Below the pieces are notes generated by a model. The model saw only the letters and a program-made list of their open reading frames with translations. It was not told the origin of the DNA and ran no database searches. DNA of 37,282 bases from assembly GCA_048168905.1 (NCBI GenBank), contig DBEXMY010000268.1, positions 1-37,282 on the forward strand, given 5' to 3'. Of the stretch, positions 1-9,907 are shown piece after piece (the first letter of the stretch is position 1; each line of letters opens with the position of its first letter). Position numbers and translations under genes: made by a program. The stretch is from Collinsella sp. (GTDB taxonomy: Bacteria; Actinomycetota; Coriobacteriia; Coriobacteriales; Coriobacteriaceae).

Positions 1-41
1 TCGTCGCATGCTCGTTACAGAAAAGCTGATAATAAGTTTGT

Positions 42-69
42 GTGCCGCCCCTTTGGGGCGGCACTTTTT
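42..69 (+). terminator. Rho-independent terminator of a gene upstream of the window
   Basis: Perfect stem GTGCCGCCCC-ttt-GGGGCGGCAC followed by TTTTT. Confidence 0.85.
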
Positions 70-322
70 GTGTGGGGTCCCGGTCTCCACAATTTTCGTC
101 AAGCTATTGGTTAGATTTTGGTCAGTTGGCGTAAGGGTGGAAGGCCAAAAGATTGTTGGCGAAAAAAGCTCAGAGAAAGTGCTGGTAGGGGAGTTGTTGA
201 GCTTTTCGACAGCTTTTGAGCAGAAGAAACTTTGTGGCTATTGCCGGCGATTGCGTTGTCGCGGTCATGGCGGTGCGGGATGCTGGTCGTAAGCGTCGAA
301 TGCTCCGATTTTGGAGGCCAGC

Positions 323-757
323 ATGGATCTGTTTCTTGAGACTCCGCAGCAACAAGCCGAGCGCATGTTGCGCCAACAGCAACGGCTTATAGAGATGCAA
401 ATGCAAGGGGCGGCAGCCCAGCCCTTTGCGCAAAATGTCGTGCCCGCTGCTGTACCTGCAGCTGTGCCCGGGTGTAAATCGGCGCCAGAGGCCTATTCCG
501 TACAGCAAGATTCATATGCGCAGGAGCTCGCGTTCGACAAGCGTCGTGCGCGTCGTCGCCGTGTGGGCCAGCGCTTGCGCATATTGGCGATGATCGTGCT
601 CATCCCGTTAGGGCTTGCGGCCATCTTTCTGGCGTCGTATGCCCTCACGTGCATCCTCAACGGCGCATCGCCCAACGAGGTGCTCCAACATCTGTCAGCC
701 CTCGGCCAGCGCCTAGGCGATGTCATAACAACAATCCGCGCCGGCTGGGAGAGTTAG
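323..757 (+). CDS. Hypothetical membrane protein (Gln/Ala-rich N-terminus, Arg cluster, one TM segment)
   Basis: ORF 311..757; GGAGG at 313-317 precedes ATG 323; RRARRRR followed by hydrophobic ILAMIVLIPLGLAAIFLASYAL. Confidence 0.75.
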   Translation: MDLFLETPQQQAERMLRQQQRLIEMQMQGAAAQPFAQNVVPAAVPAAVPGCKSAPEAYSVQQDSYAQELAFDKRRARRRRVGQRLRILAMIVLIPLGLAAIFLASYALTCILNGASPNEVLQHLSALGQRLGDVITTIRAGWES

Positions 758-880
758 CGTTTGTCACATTAGGACTTCTAGGGTGTAGGGATTATCGCCA
801 TGAGTAGAATCCTCGCATCCTGTGGGTCCTGTCATGCGACTTAATAGTATTATTGAAGATGAATAATAATAGGATTTGTT

Positions 881-1411
881 ATGTATAAGCAGGATTTAGA
901 ACAGACTCTTTTGGGCATTGACGAAGAGGCGGAGCTGGAAATAGGTCCAAGAGACGACAGGCCGAACGTTGTATTGGTGGGAGGAAGCGCCTTCATGCTA
1001 AACGATGTGACGAATCGTTCGGTTACACATGACATTGATGTGTTTGAGGCAGATAGGTGCCTCCGCGAGATCATAGCTCGATACCCCGAGGTGAATGGTA
1101 TGGCGGTGGCATATTGTAATCAGATGCCGTTCAATTACGAAGATCGTTTGATTCCCTTGGATATTGGGGCGCGTTTTATCAGGTACTTTACGCCATCCTT
1201 GGAGGACCTGGCGGTAATGAAGCTCTATGCCTGTCGTCCGAACGACATCATCGATCTTCATAGTCAGGCATTCGTCGACCGACTTGATTGGGGGTTGCTC
1301 GAACGGCTTATATTCGACGAGGGAGAGGCGCTGGCGTCGTCGCCTTCGGAGCGGAGTTATCAAGAGATGGTCTGTGCATACAGGCAATACAAAAAGGAGG
1401 TGCTCGGTTGA
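881..1411 (+). CDS. DUF6036-like / Pol-beta-superfamily nucleotidyltransferase (putative toxin)
   Basis: VLVGGSA...THDIDV (GS + DxD NTase signature) and LAVMKL...RPNDIID C-terminal motif; AT-rich upstream region. Confidence 0.8.
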   Translation: MYKQDLEQTLLGIDEEAELEIGPRDDRPNVVLVGGSAFMLNDVTNRSVTHDIDVFEADRCLREIIARYPEVNGMAVAYCNQMPFNYEDRLIPLDIGARFIRYFTPSLEDLAVMKLYACRPNDIIDLHSQAFVDRLDWGLLERLIFDEGEALASSPSERSYQEMVCAYRQYKKEVLG

Positions 1412-1971
1412 ATCTGACCTTTGAGGGATTCTTAAAAGGCTATTGCCGAGAGCTATCCGGACAGCGGTCGCTGAGTTTTAGAAAATTGGTTGAGCAGGCG
1501 ACGACGGATGCGCCGCGCGTGGCGGAGCCTCTGTTTTTGCTCGCTTTGGCGCAAGGAAAAGCCGAATACGTTCTGGGTTTATCCGAGGGCTCGTGGATGG
1601 AACGGGATTACCGAGACGTTTTATCCTTGTACGGTCAAGCGGGTAGCATGGCGTCTCTATGCGCCAAAAGTGAGCTCCCAAATCGTTATGCCAACGTTTG
1701 GCGTGCGTATAGAGCGGTGAAGGAAAAGCCGGCGGCCGATAGAAGGGTGAACGCCCTGATGAGAAAGAAAACGCTGGAAGCATTGGAGGAATCGGGTGTA
1801 ACGCGCTATGGCCTCTGCCGTGCTCTGCACCTGAATAAAGGAAACGTATACGCATACTTGGCCGGCGATGACTCAAAGGTGAGCAGGAAAACGGCGCGCC
1901 GCATTATGGAATATGCGGAGGAGAGGGGCACCCAAGAAGGGGCCGGGCGCCCGGTGTGTGTGGCGGGGTAA
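1408..1971 (+). CDS. Hypothetical protein with C-terminal XRE-like HTH (putative antitoxin/regulator)
   Basis: AAGGAGG at 1393-1399 then TTG 1408 overlapping the upstream TGA (TTGA coupling); GVTRYGLCRALHLNKGNVYAYLAG is HTH-like. Confidence 0.7.
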   Translation: MNLTFEGFLKGYCRELSGQRSLSFRKLVEQATTDAPRVAEPLFLLALAQGKAEYVLGLSEGSWMERDYRDVLSLYGQAGSMASLCAKSELPNRYANVWRAYRAVKEKPAADRRVNALMRKKTLEALEESGVTRYGLCRALHLNKGNVYAYLAGDDSKVSRKTARRIMEYAEERGTQEGAGRPVCVAG

Positions 1972-2022
1972 GATTGATCGCGGTTTTGATTGGTGCTCGA
2001 TTGGGTTTGTTGGGCGGAGATT

Positions 2023-3378
2023 ATGTCTGCTATTGATATTGTGCTTGTTGCGATCGCCTTGGTGGCGGTGGGGGTTGCTGCGGCTTGCGCCCTTCAGCTC
2101 AAGAGCCTGCGTGCCGAGTTGCGGGAGCGTGGCGACGGTGGCGCGGAAACGCTGGCAGCACTCGAGCAGGCCAACAACGCGCTCGATGCCCTGAACGTCG
2201 CGCTGGCCGAAACCCGCCGCACGGCCAATGCCATCGCGCAGCAGCAGACGACCGATGCGGCCGTGGAGCAGCAACGTTACCTGACCATCGCACGCGAGTT
2301 CTCGCAAGCTGGTGACCGGATGGATGACCTGCGCCGCGAGACGGCCCAACAGCTCGGCGCCAATCGCGAGGGCATCGAGCATCGCCTGGACAAGGTGCGC
2401 GAGACGGTCGATGCTCAGCTGGGCGCCATCCGCAAAGACAACAACGTGCAGCTCGATCAGATGCGCGCGACGGTGGACGAGAAGCTCTCCCGCACGCTCA
2501 ACGACCGACTGTCGGCATCGTTTAAGCAGGTGAGCGACCAGCTCGAGGCCGTGTATAAGGGCCTGGGCGATATGCAATCTATCGCCACCGGCGTAGGCGA
2601 CCTCAAGCGTGTGCTGGGCAATGTAAAAGCGCGCGGCATTTTGGGCGAGGTGCAGCTGGGTGCAATTCTGGCGGACATCCTTACACCCGACCAGTATCTG
2701 GAAAACGTCGCCACCAAGCCCGGTGCCTCGGAGCGCGTTGAGTTTGCCGTCAAGCTGCCGGTAGACGAGGGCGATCCCGTGCTGCTGCCGATCGATTCCA
2801 AATTCCCGGGCGACGCGTACGAGCATCTGATCGACGCCCAGGAGTCGGGCGATGCGGAGGCCGTTGCCGCAGCGCGCAAGACGCTCGATATGATGGTGAA
2901 ACGCGAGGCAAAGGACATCTGCGAAAAGTACCTGAGTGTGCCGGCAACGACCAACTTTGGCATCATGTTCGTGCCGTTTGAAGGACTGTACGCCGAGGTC
3001 GTCAGCCGCCCCGGGCTTATCGAGACCCTGGGCCGCGACTATCACGTCAACGTAGCCGGTCCCAGCACCATGGCGGCCATCCTCAACAGTCTGCAGATGA
3101 GCTATCAGACGTTTAAGTTGCAAAAACGTACCGACGACGTGCTGTGCGTGCTCTCCGCCGTCAAGGCCGAGCTGCCGCGCTATCAAAAGGCGCTGCGCCG
3201 CGCCCAGCAGCAGATCGAGACCGCGGGCAAAACGGTCGAGGGCATCATCACCACGCGCACCAACGTCATGGAGCGCAAGCTCAAGGACATTGACGTGCTG
3301 GAAGATGCCGACCAAGCCGATGAGATCTTGGGACTCACGCCCGCGGGCCTTCCCACAGACCAAGAAGACGAGGACTAA
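2023..3378 (+). CDS. rmuC: DNA recombination protein RmuC
   Basis: N-terminal TM and coiled coil; NVKARGILGEVQL, LPIDSKFP, FGIMFVPFEGLYAE, AGPSTMAAILNSL motifs. Confidence 0.95.
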   Translation: MSAIDIVLVAIALVAVGVAAACALQLKSLRAELRERGDGGAETLAALEQANNALDALNVALAETRRTANAIAQQQTTDAAVEQQRYLTIAREFSQAGDRMDDLRRETAQQLGANREGIEHRLDKVRETVDAQLGAIRKDNNVQLDQMRATVDEKLSRTLNDRLSASFKQVSDQLEAVYKGLGDMQSIATGVGDLKRVLGNVKARGILGEVQLGAILADILTPDQYLENVATKPGASERVEFAVKLPVDEGDPVLLPIDSKFPGDAYEHLIDAQESGDAEAVAAARKTLDMMVKREAKDICEKYLSVPATTNFGIMFVPFEGLYAEVVSRPGLIETLGRDYHVNVAGPSTMAAILNSLQMSYQTFKLQKRTDDVLCVLSAVKAELPRYQKALRRAQQQIETAGKTVEGIITTRTNVMERKLKDIDVLEDADQADEILGLTPAGLPTDQEDED

Positions 3379-3505
3379 TTGCAACAAGACGGTGGGGCAC
3401 CGGCGCAAACGCGGGCGCCCCACCGCTTTTCGTATCGCACTTGTCTGAAGCGTGCTCCAATGTGCAACAATGGCGTTTCGTCCTATCAGACGCGAAAGGA
3501 AGCCC

Positions 3506-5308
3506 ATGTCCCAGAGAAGCACCAGCCCGCTCAGCCGCTCCACCGTGCGCCGCACGCTGCAGCGGTTTTGGGGTGTCACGCGCACGCAGCCGCTGATTGT
3601 CTTTCTCTCGGTATTCTCGTCGGCGGGCTACATCTTTTTGCTGACGTTTGCCAATACCTATGTGATGGCCCTCATTGTCGACCGCGTTCAAGCCGGTCCC
3701 GTGGCGGGTGACCAGGTGTTTGAGGTCTTCGGCCCCTATATCCTGGCGCTCGTACTCGTTAACCTGGTGGGTCAGATCCTCTCCAAGTTACAGGACTACA
3801 CCGTCTACAAGCTCGAGATTGCAGGCAACTATCACCTGGCGCGTCTATGCTTCGACACGCTCTCCAACCAATCCATGACATTCCATACCAGCCGCTTTGG
3901 CGGATCGCTCGTGAGCCAGACGAGTCGTTTTCTGAGCGGCTACACGGGGCTGGTGGACGTGACGGTGTATTCGCTCATCCCCACCATCACCTCGGTCATC
4001 TGCACCGTGGCCGCACTCGCCCCGGTGGTGCCGACGTTTACCGTGATCCTGGTGGGCATTATGGTCGTCTACATCGCGTTTGTCTGGCTTATGTATAAGC
4101 ACATCATACCGCTTTCGGCCGCGACGTCCGCCGCGCAGAACAAGCTGTCGGGTGTGCTGTCCGACGCGGTCACGAACATCCTGGCCGTCAAGACCTGTGG
4201 GCGCGAGGACTTTGAGCGCGACCTGTTCGATGCCGCCGACCGCGCCGCGCGCGACGCCGAGACGGTTTCGATGCACGCCATGATGCAGCGCAACTTTACG
4301 ACCTCGGGCCTTATCGTCATCACCATGGCCGTGGTGAGCGTGTTCGTCGCGGGCGGCAACGCGTGGTTTGACATCTCTGCCGGCGCGCTCGTCATGATTT
4401 TTACCTATACGTACAACCTCACCATGCGTCTGAACTACGTAAGCTCCATGATGCAGCGCATCAACCGCGCGCTCGGTGATGCGGCCGAGATGACGCGCGT
4501 GCTGGACGAGCCGCGTCTGGTGGCAGACGACGAGAACGCTCCCGAGCTTAAAGTGACCGAAGGTGCGATTGATTTTGAGCACCTGAGCTTTGCATACCGT
4601 GACGCCGCGGCGGGCGAGAACGTGTTCGACGACCTGACGCTTCACGTGGCGGCGGGCCAGCGCGTGGGCCTGGTGGGTAAATCGGGCTCGGGCAAGACGA
4701 CGCTCACCAAACTGTTGCTGCGCCTGGACGACGTACAGGGCGGCCGTGTGCTCGTGGACGGCCAAGACGTCTCGCGCTGCACGCAGCAGAGCCTGCGCCG
4801 CCAGGTTGCCTACGTGCCGCAGGAGGCGCTGCTGTTCCATCGCTCCATTCGCGAGAATATCGCCTACGGCCGCCCCGACGCCACCGACGAGCAGATCCGC
4901 GAGGCCGCGCGCCTGGCAAATGCCCTGGAGTTTATCGACCGCCTGCCCAACGGCTTTGACACCATGGTGGGCGAGCGCGGCGTCAAACTCTCGGGCGGCC
5001 AACGCCAGCGCGTGGCCATCGCCCGCGCTATCCTGACCGACGCGCCGATTTTGGTGCTCGACGAGGCGACGTCTGCCCTGGATAGCGAGTCCGAGGCGCT
5101 GGTGCAGGAGGCGCTCGAGAACCTTATGCGCGGCCGCACCTCCATTGTGGTGGCACATCGCCTGTCCACCGTGGCGGCGCTCGACCGCATCGTGGTGCTG
5201 GCGGGCGGCGAGATTGTCGAGGACGGTACGCATGCGCAGCTTGTCGAGGCGGGCGGCGAGTACGCAAGCCTGTGGGGCCGCCAGACCGGCGCATTTTTGG
5301 AGGCGTAA
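3506..5308 (+). CDS. ABC exporter, fused permease/ATP-binding protein
   Basis: N-terminal TM domain; Walker A GKSGSGKT, LSGGQRQ signature, Walker B ILVLDEATSALD, AHRLST. Confidence 0.95.
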   Translation: MSQRSTSPLSRSTVRRTLQRFWGVTRTQPLIVFLSVFSSAGYIFLLTFANTYVMALIVDRVQAGPVAGDQVFEVFGPYILALVLVNLVGQILSKLQDYTVYKLEIAGNYHLARLCFDTLSNQSMTFHTSRFGGSLVSQTSRFLSGYTGLVDVTVYSLIPTITSVICTVAALAPVVPTFTVILVGIMVVYIAFVWLMYKHIIPLSAATSAAQNKLSGVLSDAVTNILAVKTCGREDFERDLFDAADRAARDAETVSMHAMMQRNFTTSGLIVITMAVVSVFVAGGNAWFDISAGALVMIFTYTYNLTMRLNYVSSMMQRINRALGDAAEMTRVLDEPRLVADDENAPELKVTEGAIDFEHLSFAYRDAAAGENVFDDLTLHVAAGQRVGLVGKSGSGKTTLTKLLLRLDDVQGGRVLVDGQDVSRCTQQSLRRQVAYVPQEALLFHRSIRENIAYGRPDATDEQIREAARLANALEFIDRLPNGFDTMVGERGVKLSGGQRQRVAIARAILTDAPILVLDEATSALDSESEALVQEALENLMRGRTSIVVAHRLSTVAALDRIVVLAGGEIVEDGTHAQLVEAGGEYASLWGRQTGAFLEA

Positions 5309-5371
5309 AGACCCCATACGTGGGACAATCGTGCCCATAGGTTTGTTATGCCGCTGAGCCGAGGAGTCGTT

Positions 5372-6037
5372 ATGCCACGCGAGACCAATGCCGCCAAACG
5401 CGAGCGCGCCGTTGAGGTGTGCGAGCGCCTTAACCGTCGCTATGGCCCGGTCGAGTGCTTTTTGGACCATGAGAATCCCTTTAGGCTGCTCATCGCGGTG
5501 CTACTCTCGGCGCAGACGACCGACGCGCAGGTCAACAAAGTGACGCCGAAGCTGTTTTCCCAGTGGCCCACGCCCGAGGCCATGGCGGGGGCGAGCGTGG
5601 CCGATGTGGCCGATACCATTAAGTCGCTTGGCTTTTATAAGAGTAAGGCCAAACACGCCGTGGAGGCCGCGCAGATGATCGTCGCCGATTACGGTGGCGA
5701 GGTGCCGGCCGACATGAAGGAGCTCGTCAAACTGCCGGGTGTGGGGCGTAAAACGGCGAACATCGTGCTCAACGTGGGGTTTGGCATTGTCGAGGGCATC
5801 GCGGTCGATACACACGTCAACCGCATCGCGCACCGCCTGATGCTGAGCCCCAAGACGCATGCCAAGGAGCCGCTCAAGACCGAGCAAGATCTGCTCAAGA
5901 TTTTGCCGCACGAGTATTGGGAGTCGGTCAACCACCAGTGGATCACCTTTGGCCGCGAGGTCTGCGACGCCCGCAAGCCTAAGTGCGACGAGTGTCCGCT
6001 GGCGGATTTGTGTCCCAGCGTGCGCGTGGCGGGGTAG
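5372..6037 (+). CDS. nth: Endonuclease III
   Basis: LLSAQTTD, HhH LPGVGRKTAN, IAVDTHV, 4Fe-4S motif C-x6-C-x2-C-x5-C; GAGGAG RBS. Confidence 0.97.
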   Translation: MPRETNAAKRERAVEVCERLNRRYGPVECFLDHENPFRLLIAVLLSAQTTDAQVNKVTPKLFSQWPTPEAMAGASVADVADTIKSLGFYKSKAKHAVEAAQMIVADYGGEVPADMKELVKLPGVGRKTANIVLNVGFGIVEGIAVDTHVNRIAHRLMLSPKTHAKEPLKTEQDLLKILPHEYWESVNHQWITFGREVCDARKPKCDECPLADLCPSVRVAG

Positions 6038-6194
6038 GGCGGAACGCATTTTCGTCTGGCGTTTTTTGCGGGGCTGGGTTTGCCCTTGAGCCGGAGTCCT
6101 CTCCATGCGTTACCATGACAGACAATGTATTTGACGTACGACCCGCCGAGCTTGCCCCGGCGGGCTTTTGGCGTTGCAATGCCGGAGGAACAGC

Positions 6195-9100
6195 ATGCTC
6201 ATTCACCGTATAGCCGCGCAGCTCTACACTGCCGAGGCCTTGCAGACCGTCGAGGCCGGACTCGATGCTGGCGAGGACGTGACGCTGGCTGTGTCGCAGT
6301 CGGGCCGCACGCTTATGGCGGCCGCCCAGTTTGCGCGCCGTCCGCGCCCGACGGTCTACATTGTGAGTGGCGAGGATGCGGCCGAACGCGCCGCGCGTAG
6401 CCTTGCCGCCTACGTGGGCCTGGCGCACGTGTGCCGTTTTCCCGAGCGCAAGGACTATCCGTGGCGCGAGCAGGCGCCCGACGACGCCGTGGTGGCGCAG
6501 CGCTGCGAGGCCCTGGGACGCATCGTGCGCGGGGACAACTGCATCATGGTTGCCTCGGCCCGCGCGCTGCTGCGTTGCGTGCCGCCGGTCGAGAGCCGCT
6601 ACTGGGAGTCCACTACTTTTGCGGTGGGCGAGGAGATTCATTTTGACGAGGTGCCGCAGCGCTTGGTGGGCATGGGCTACACCAATGCCGGCGCCGCCGA
6701 CGCGCCCGGTCTGTTCCGCGTGCACGGCGACACCGTCGAGGTGTTCCCCGCGCAGGAGAAGGCGCCCGTGCGCATCGAGTTCTTCGGCGACGAAATTGAT
6801 CGCATTCGCCGCATGGTGAGTTCAACGGGGCAGACCATCGGCAACGAGGACAGTATCGAGATCTTCCCCTGCCGTGAGCTGGCGCTTACCGACGATGCGG
6901 TCCACAACATGCATGTGGCGCTCTATCGCGCTAGCCAGAACGATAGCAAGCTGGCGGCGCTGCTCGAGATGGTGGATGCACGCATCGTCACGCCCGAGCT
7001 CGACCGCTTTTTGCCGGTGATGTACGGCCAGACCGTGAGCCCGCTGGCACACGTGAGCGGCAAGGCGCTCGTGGTCCTGTCCGAGCCGCGCTCGCTGTTC
7101 GACGACTGCCTGCGCGCCTACGAGGATATCGAGGCGCGTGCCGGCGAGGCGGGGATTGACCGCCTGGATGGCCTGTATGTACGTGCCCAGCAGCTCGATT
7201 TTGGTGCTCAGCAGCGCCTGAACTATGTGAGCCTGATTCGCGCCGGCGGCGCGGTTACGGCAGAGCTCAAGATTGAGCAGCCGGCCATTGCGGGTTCGGA
7301 CAACCGCTTTATGACGCGCGTTCAGGAAGTCGTGGGCAAGCGTTACGCCTGCGTGTTTGCCATTCCCGATCGCGGCGCGCGCGAGTCGATGGAGCTCACC
7401 TTTGGCGACGAGGGCATTACCTTTGAGGAATCGCTGACGGCAGCGCCCGAAAACGCCGGCGTTATCGGCGAGCGCGTGCGCGTGGCAGCGGCAGATTCCG
7501 CCGACCGTGCCGCACGCCAGGAGGCCCATGCTTCCATTCGCGAGCGCCGCGTCGACGTGCTTAACGCCCGCTCGCTCGAGGCGGGTGCCGCCCAGGCTGC
7601 CGCCGGTGCCGCCGTGCCCACCATCTCGCGCGGGCGCGTGACCTTTGTCGATGCCGCCCTGCCGCAGGGCGTGGTGGTGCCCGATGCCAACCTGGCTGTG
7701 TTCTCGATCGCCGACCTCAACGCCCGCATGGACGCCAACCGCGCGCGCAGCCGCCGCAAGGTGGACATTACGCAGATCACGTTCCCGTTTAAGCCGGGCG
7801 ACTACGTGGTGCACGCCACTCACGGCATCGCGCTCTTTAGCGAGATCGCGCGCCAAGAAGTGGGCGGCAAGGAGCGCGACTACTTTTTGCTGGAATATGC
7901 CGACGGCGACAAGCTCTACGTGCCGCTCGAGCAGGTCGACCGCATCACGCGCTATGTTGGCCCCGACGGTGACAAGCCACGTCTGACCAGGCTCAACACC
8001 GCCGACTGGACGCGTGCCACCAATAAGGCGCGCAAGAACGCCAAAAAGCTGGCGTTTGACCTGGTCGATCTGTATACGCGCCGCTCGTCGATTACCGGTA
8101 TCGCCTGCCCGCCCGACACGCCCGAGCAGATCGAGATGGAGGAGAGTTTTCCTTACGACGAGACGCGCGACCAGCTGGAGGCCATCGCCGACATCAAGGC
8201 CGACATGGAGGCGCCCAAGCCCATGGACCGCCTGCTGTGCGGCGACGTGGGCTTTGGCAAGACCGAGGTCGCCCTGCGCGCGGCGTTTAAGTGCGTGGAC
8301 TCCGGCCGCCAGGTCATGGTGCTCTGTCCCACGACCATTCTGGCCCAGCAGCACTACGAGACGTTCTTTGAGCGCTTTGCCCCGTTTGGCCTTGAAGTCG
8401 AGGTACTCAGCCGCTTCCGCACGCCGGCGCAGCAAAAGCGCGCGCTCAAGGCGTTTGCCGAGGGCACGATCGACGTGCTCATCGGTACACACCGTCTGCT
8501 TTCTGCCGATGTGAACCCCAAGAACCTGGGCCTGGTGATCATCGACGAGGAACAGCGCTTTGGCGTGCAGCACAAGGAACAGCTCAAGAACCTGCGCGAG
8601 CAGATTGACGTGCTTACGCTTTCGGCAACGCCGATTCCGCGAACCATGCAGATGGCCACGAGCGGCGTGCGCGACATGAGCCTGATCACCACGCCGCCGA
8701 CTGGGCGTCGTCCCGTGATCGTGCACGTGGGGGAGTACGACCCCGATGTGGTGAGCGCGGCGATTCGCCTGGAGGTGGGTCGCGGCGGCCAGGTGTACTA
8801 CGTGTCCAACCGCGTCAAGACCATCGACGACGCCGTGGCGCGCGTGCACGAGGCCGCGCCCGAGGCGCGCGTGGGCGTGGCGCACGGCAAGATGAGCCCG
8901 CGCGAGGTCGAGGACGTGATGATCGAGTTCGCGACCAAAAAGATCGACGTGCTCATCGCCACGACCATCGTGGAGAGCGGTATCGACAACGCGACCGCCA
9001 ACACACTGATCATCGAGGACTCGCAGCGCCTGGGTCTGGCGCAGCTCTACCAGCTCAAGGGCCGCGTGGGCCGCTCGGCCACGCAGGCCTATGCGTACTT

Positions 9101-9827
9101 TATGTTCCCGGGCGAGCTGCCGCTTACCGAGGAGGCCACGGCACGCCTGACCGCACTTTCCGAGTTCCAGGACCTGGGCAGCGGCATGCGCATCGCCATG
9201 CGCGACCTGGAGATTCGCGGCGCTGGCTCGCTTATGGGCGCCGAGCAGCACGGCAATCTGTCGAGCGTGGGCTTTGACCTGTTTACGCAGATGCTGGGCC
9301 AGGCCGTGGCCGAGGCGCGCGGCGATGACGACGCCGGCGTGGAGGCGGCGAGCGTGGGCATTAACCTGCCGGCCGACTATTTCTTGTCCGAGGAGTACCT
9401 GCCGGCGGTGGACCAGCGCGTGCTCGTATACCGCAAGCTCGCGGCTGCAGAGGACCTGGAGAGTATCGACGAGGTACAGGAAGAGACCGAGGCCGCGCAT
9501 GGTGAGCTGCCGTTGGCGGGGCTTAACCTGTTCAATCGCGCGCGCATCCGCATCCGCGGCGAGCGCCTGGGGCTCGAGAGTGTCACGCTCAGCGGCGGAC
9601 GCATCACGTTTTTGGGCGTCGACGTGCCCAAGAAGGTGGCCTATGAGCTTAAGACTCGCTATGGCGCGGTGAACTTCCCCAAGAGCCGCAAGCTGTCGGT
9701 GCCTTACAAGGCGGGCGCCGGTGCGGGCAGCGGCCTGGGTCGCGGCCTCGACGCCAACGACGGCACCGGCCCGGTGGCCGCGGCGCTCATGCTGCTGCAG
9801 CAATTAGGCGCGAGTGACGATGACTGA
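6195..9827 (+). CDS. mfd: Transcription-repair coupling factor
   Basis: UvrB-like N-terminus, RID (GDYVVH..HGI), GDVGFGKTEV, DEEQRFGV, QLYQLKGRVGR, DLEIRGAG, TRCF C-terminus. Confidence 0.97.
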   Translation: MLIHRIAAQLYTAEALQTVEAGLDAGEDVTLAVSQSGRTLMAAAQFARRPRPTVYIVSGEDAAERAARSLAAYVGLAHVCRFPERKDYPWREQAPDDAVVAQRCEALGRIVRGDNCIMVASARALLRCVPPVESRYWESTTFAVGEEIHFDEVPQRLVGMGYTNAGAADAPGLFRVHGDTVEVFPAQEKAPVRIEFFGDEIDRIRRMVSSTGQTIGNEDSIEIFPCRELALTDDAVHNMHVALYRASQNDSKLAALLEMVDARIVTPELDRFLPVMYGQTVSPLAHVSGKALVVLSEPRSLFDDCLRAYEDIEARAGEAGIDRLDGLYVRAQQLDFGAQQRLNYVSLIRAGGAVTAELKIEQPAIAGSDNRFMTRVQEVVGKRYACVFAIPDRGARESMELTFGDEGITFEESLTAAPENAGVIGERVRVAAADSADRAARQEAHASIRERRVDVLNARSLEAGAAQAAAGAAVPTISRGRVTFVDAALPQGVVVPDANLAVFSIADLNARMDANRARSRRKVDITQITFPFKPGDYVVHATHGIALFSEIARQEVGGKERDYFLLEYADGDKLYVPLEQVDRITRYVGPDGDKPRLTRLNTADWTRATNKARKNAKKLAFDLVDLYTRRSSITGIACPPDTPEQIEMEESFPYDETRDQLEAIADIKADMEAPKPMDRLLCGDVGFGKTEVALRAAFKCVDSGRQVMVLCPTTILAQQHYETFFERFAPFGLEVEVLSRFRTPAQQKRALKAFAEGTIDVLIGTHRLLSADVNPKNLGLVIIDEEQRFGVQHKEQLKNLREQIDVLTLSATPIPRTMQMATSGVRDMSLITTPPTGRRPVIVHVGEYDPDVVSAAIRLEVGRGGQVYYVSNRVKTIDDAVARVHEAAPEARVGVAHGKMSPREVEDVMIEFATKKIDVLIATTIVESGIDNATANTLIIEDSQRLGLAQLYQLKGRVGRSATQAYAYFMFPGELPLTEEATARLTALSEFQDLGSGMRIAMRDLEIRGAGSLMGAEQHGNLSSVGFDLFTQMLGQAVAEARGDDDAGVEAASVGINLPADYFLSEEYLPAVDQRVLVYRKLAAAEDLESIDEVQEETEAAHGELPLAGLNLFNRARIRIRGERLGLESVTLSGGRITFLGVDVPKKVAYELKTRYGAVNFPKSRKLSVPYKAGAGAGSGLGRGLDANDGTGPVAAALMLLQQLGASDDD

Positions 9828-9907
9828 CAAGTAAGGGGCGTAGCGGGGCGGAGCCAACTTTGCCCCGCCACGTTGCAGGTTGATTCCAGCCACATCGAAA
9901 GGAAAGC

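Noticed and set aside
8..292. 94-aa ORF at window start
   Set aside because: Runs through a terminator and IR-rich intergenic DNA; atypical composition
1954..1970. 15/17 match between the HTH gene 3' end (GTGTGTGTGGCGGGGTA) and the nth 3' end (6020-6036) as a possible att site
   Set aside because: Short, G-rich, no integrase, and the enclosed genes are housekeeping; probably chance
6822..9803. 993-aa antisense ORF (and similar long shadows at 1873-3585, 3845-5470, 9704-11770, 23288-25468, 34075-36927)
   Set aside because: They mirror well-supported genes on the opposite strand; expected from high-GC codon bias; no recognisable motifs
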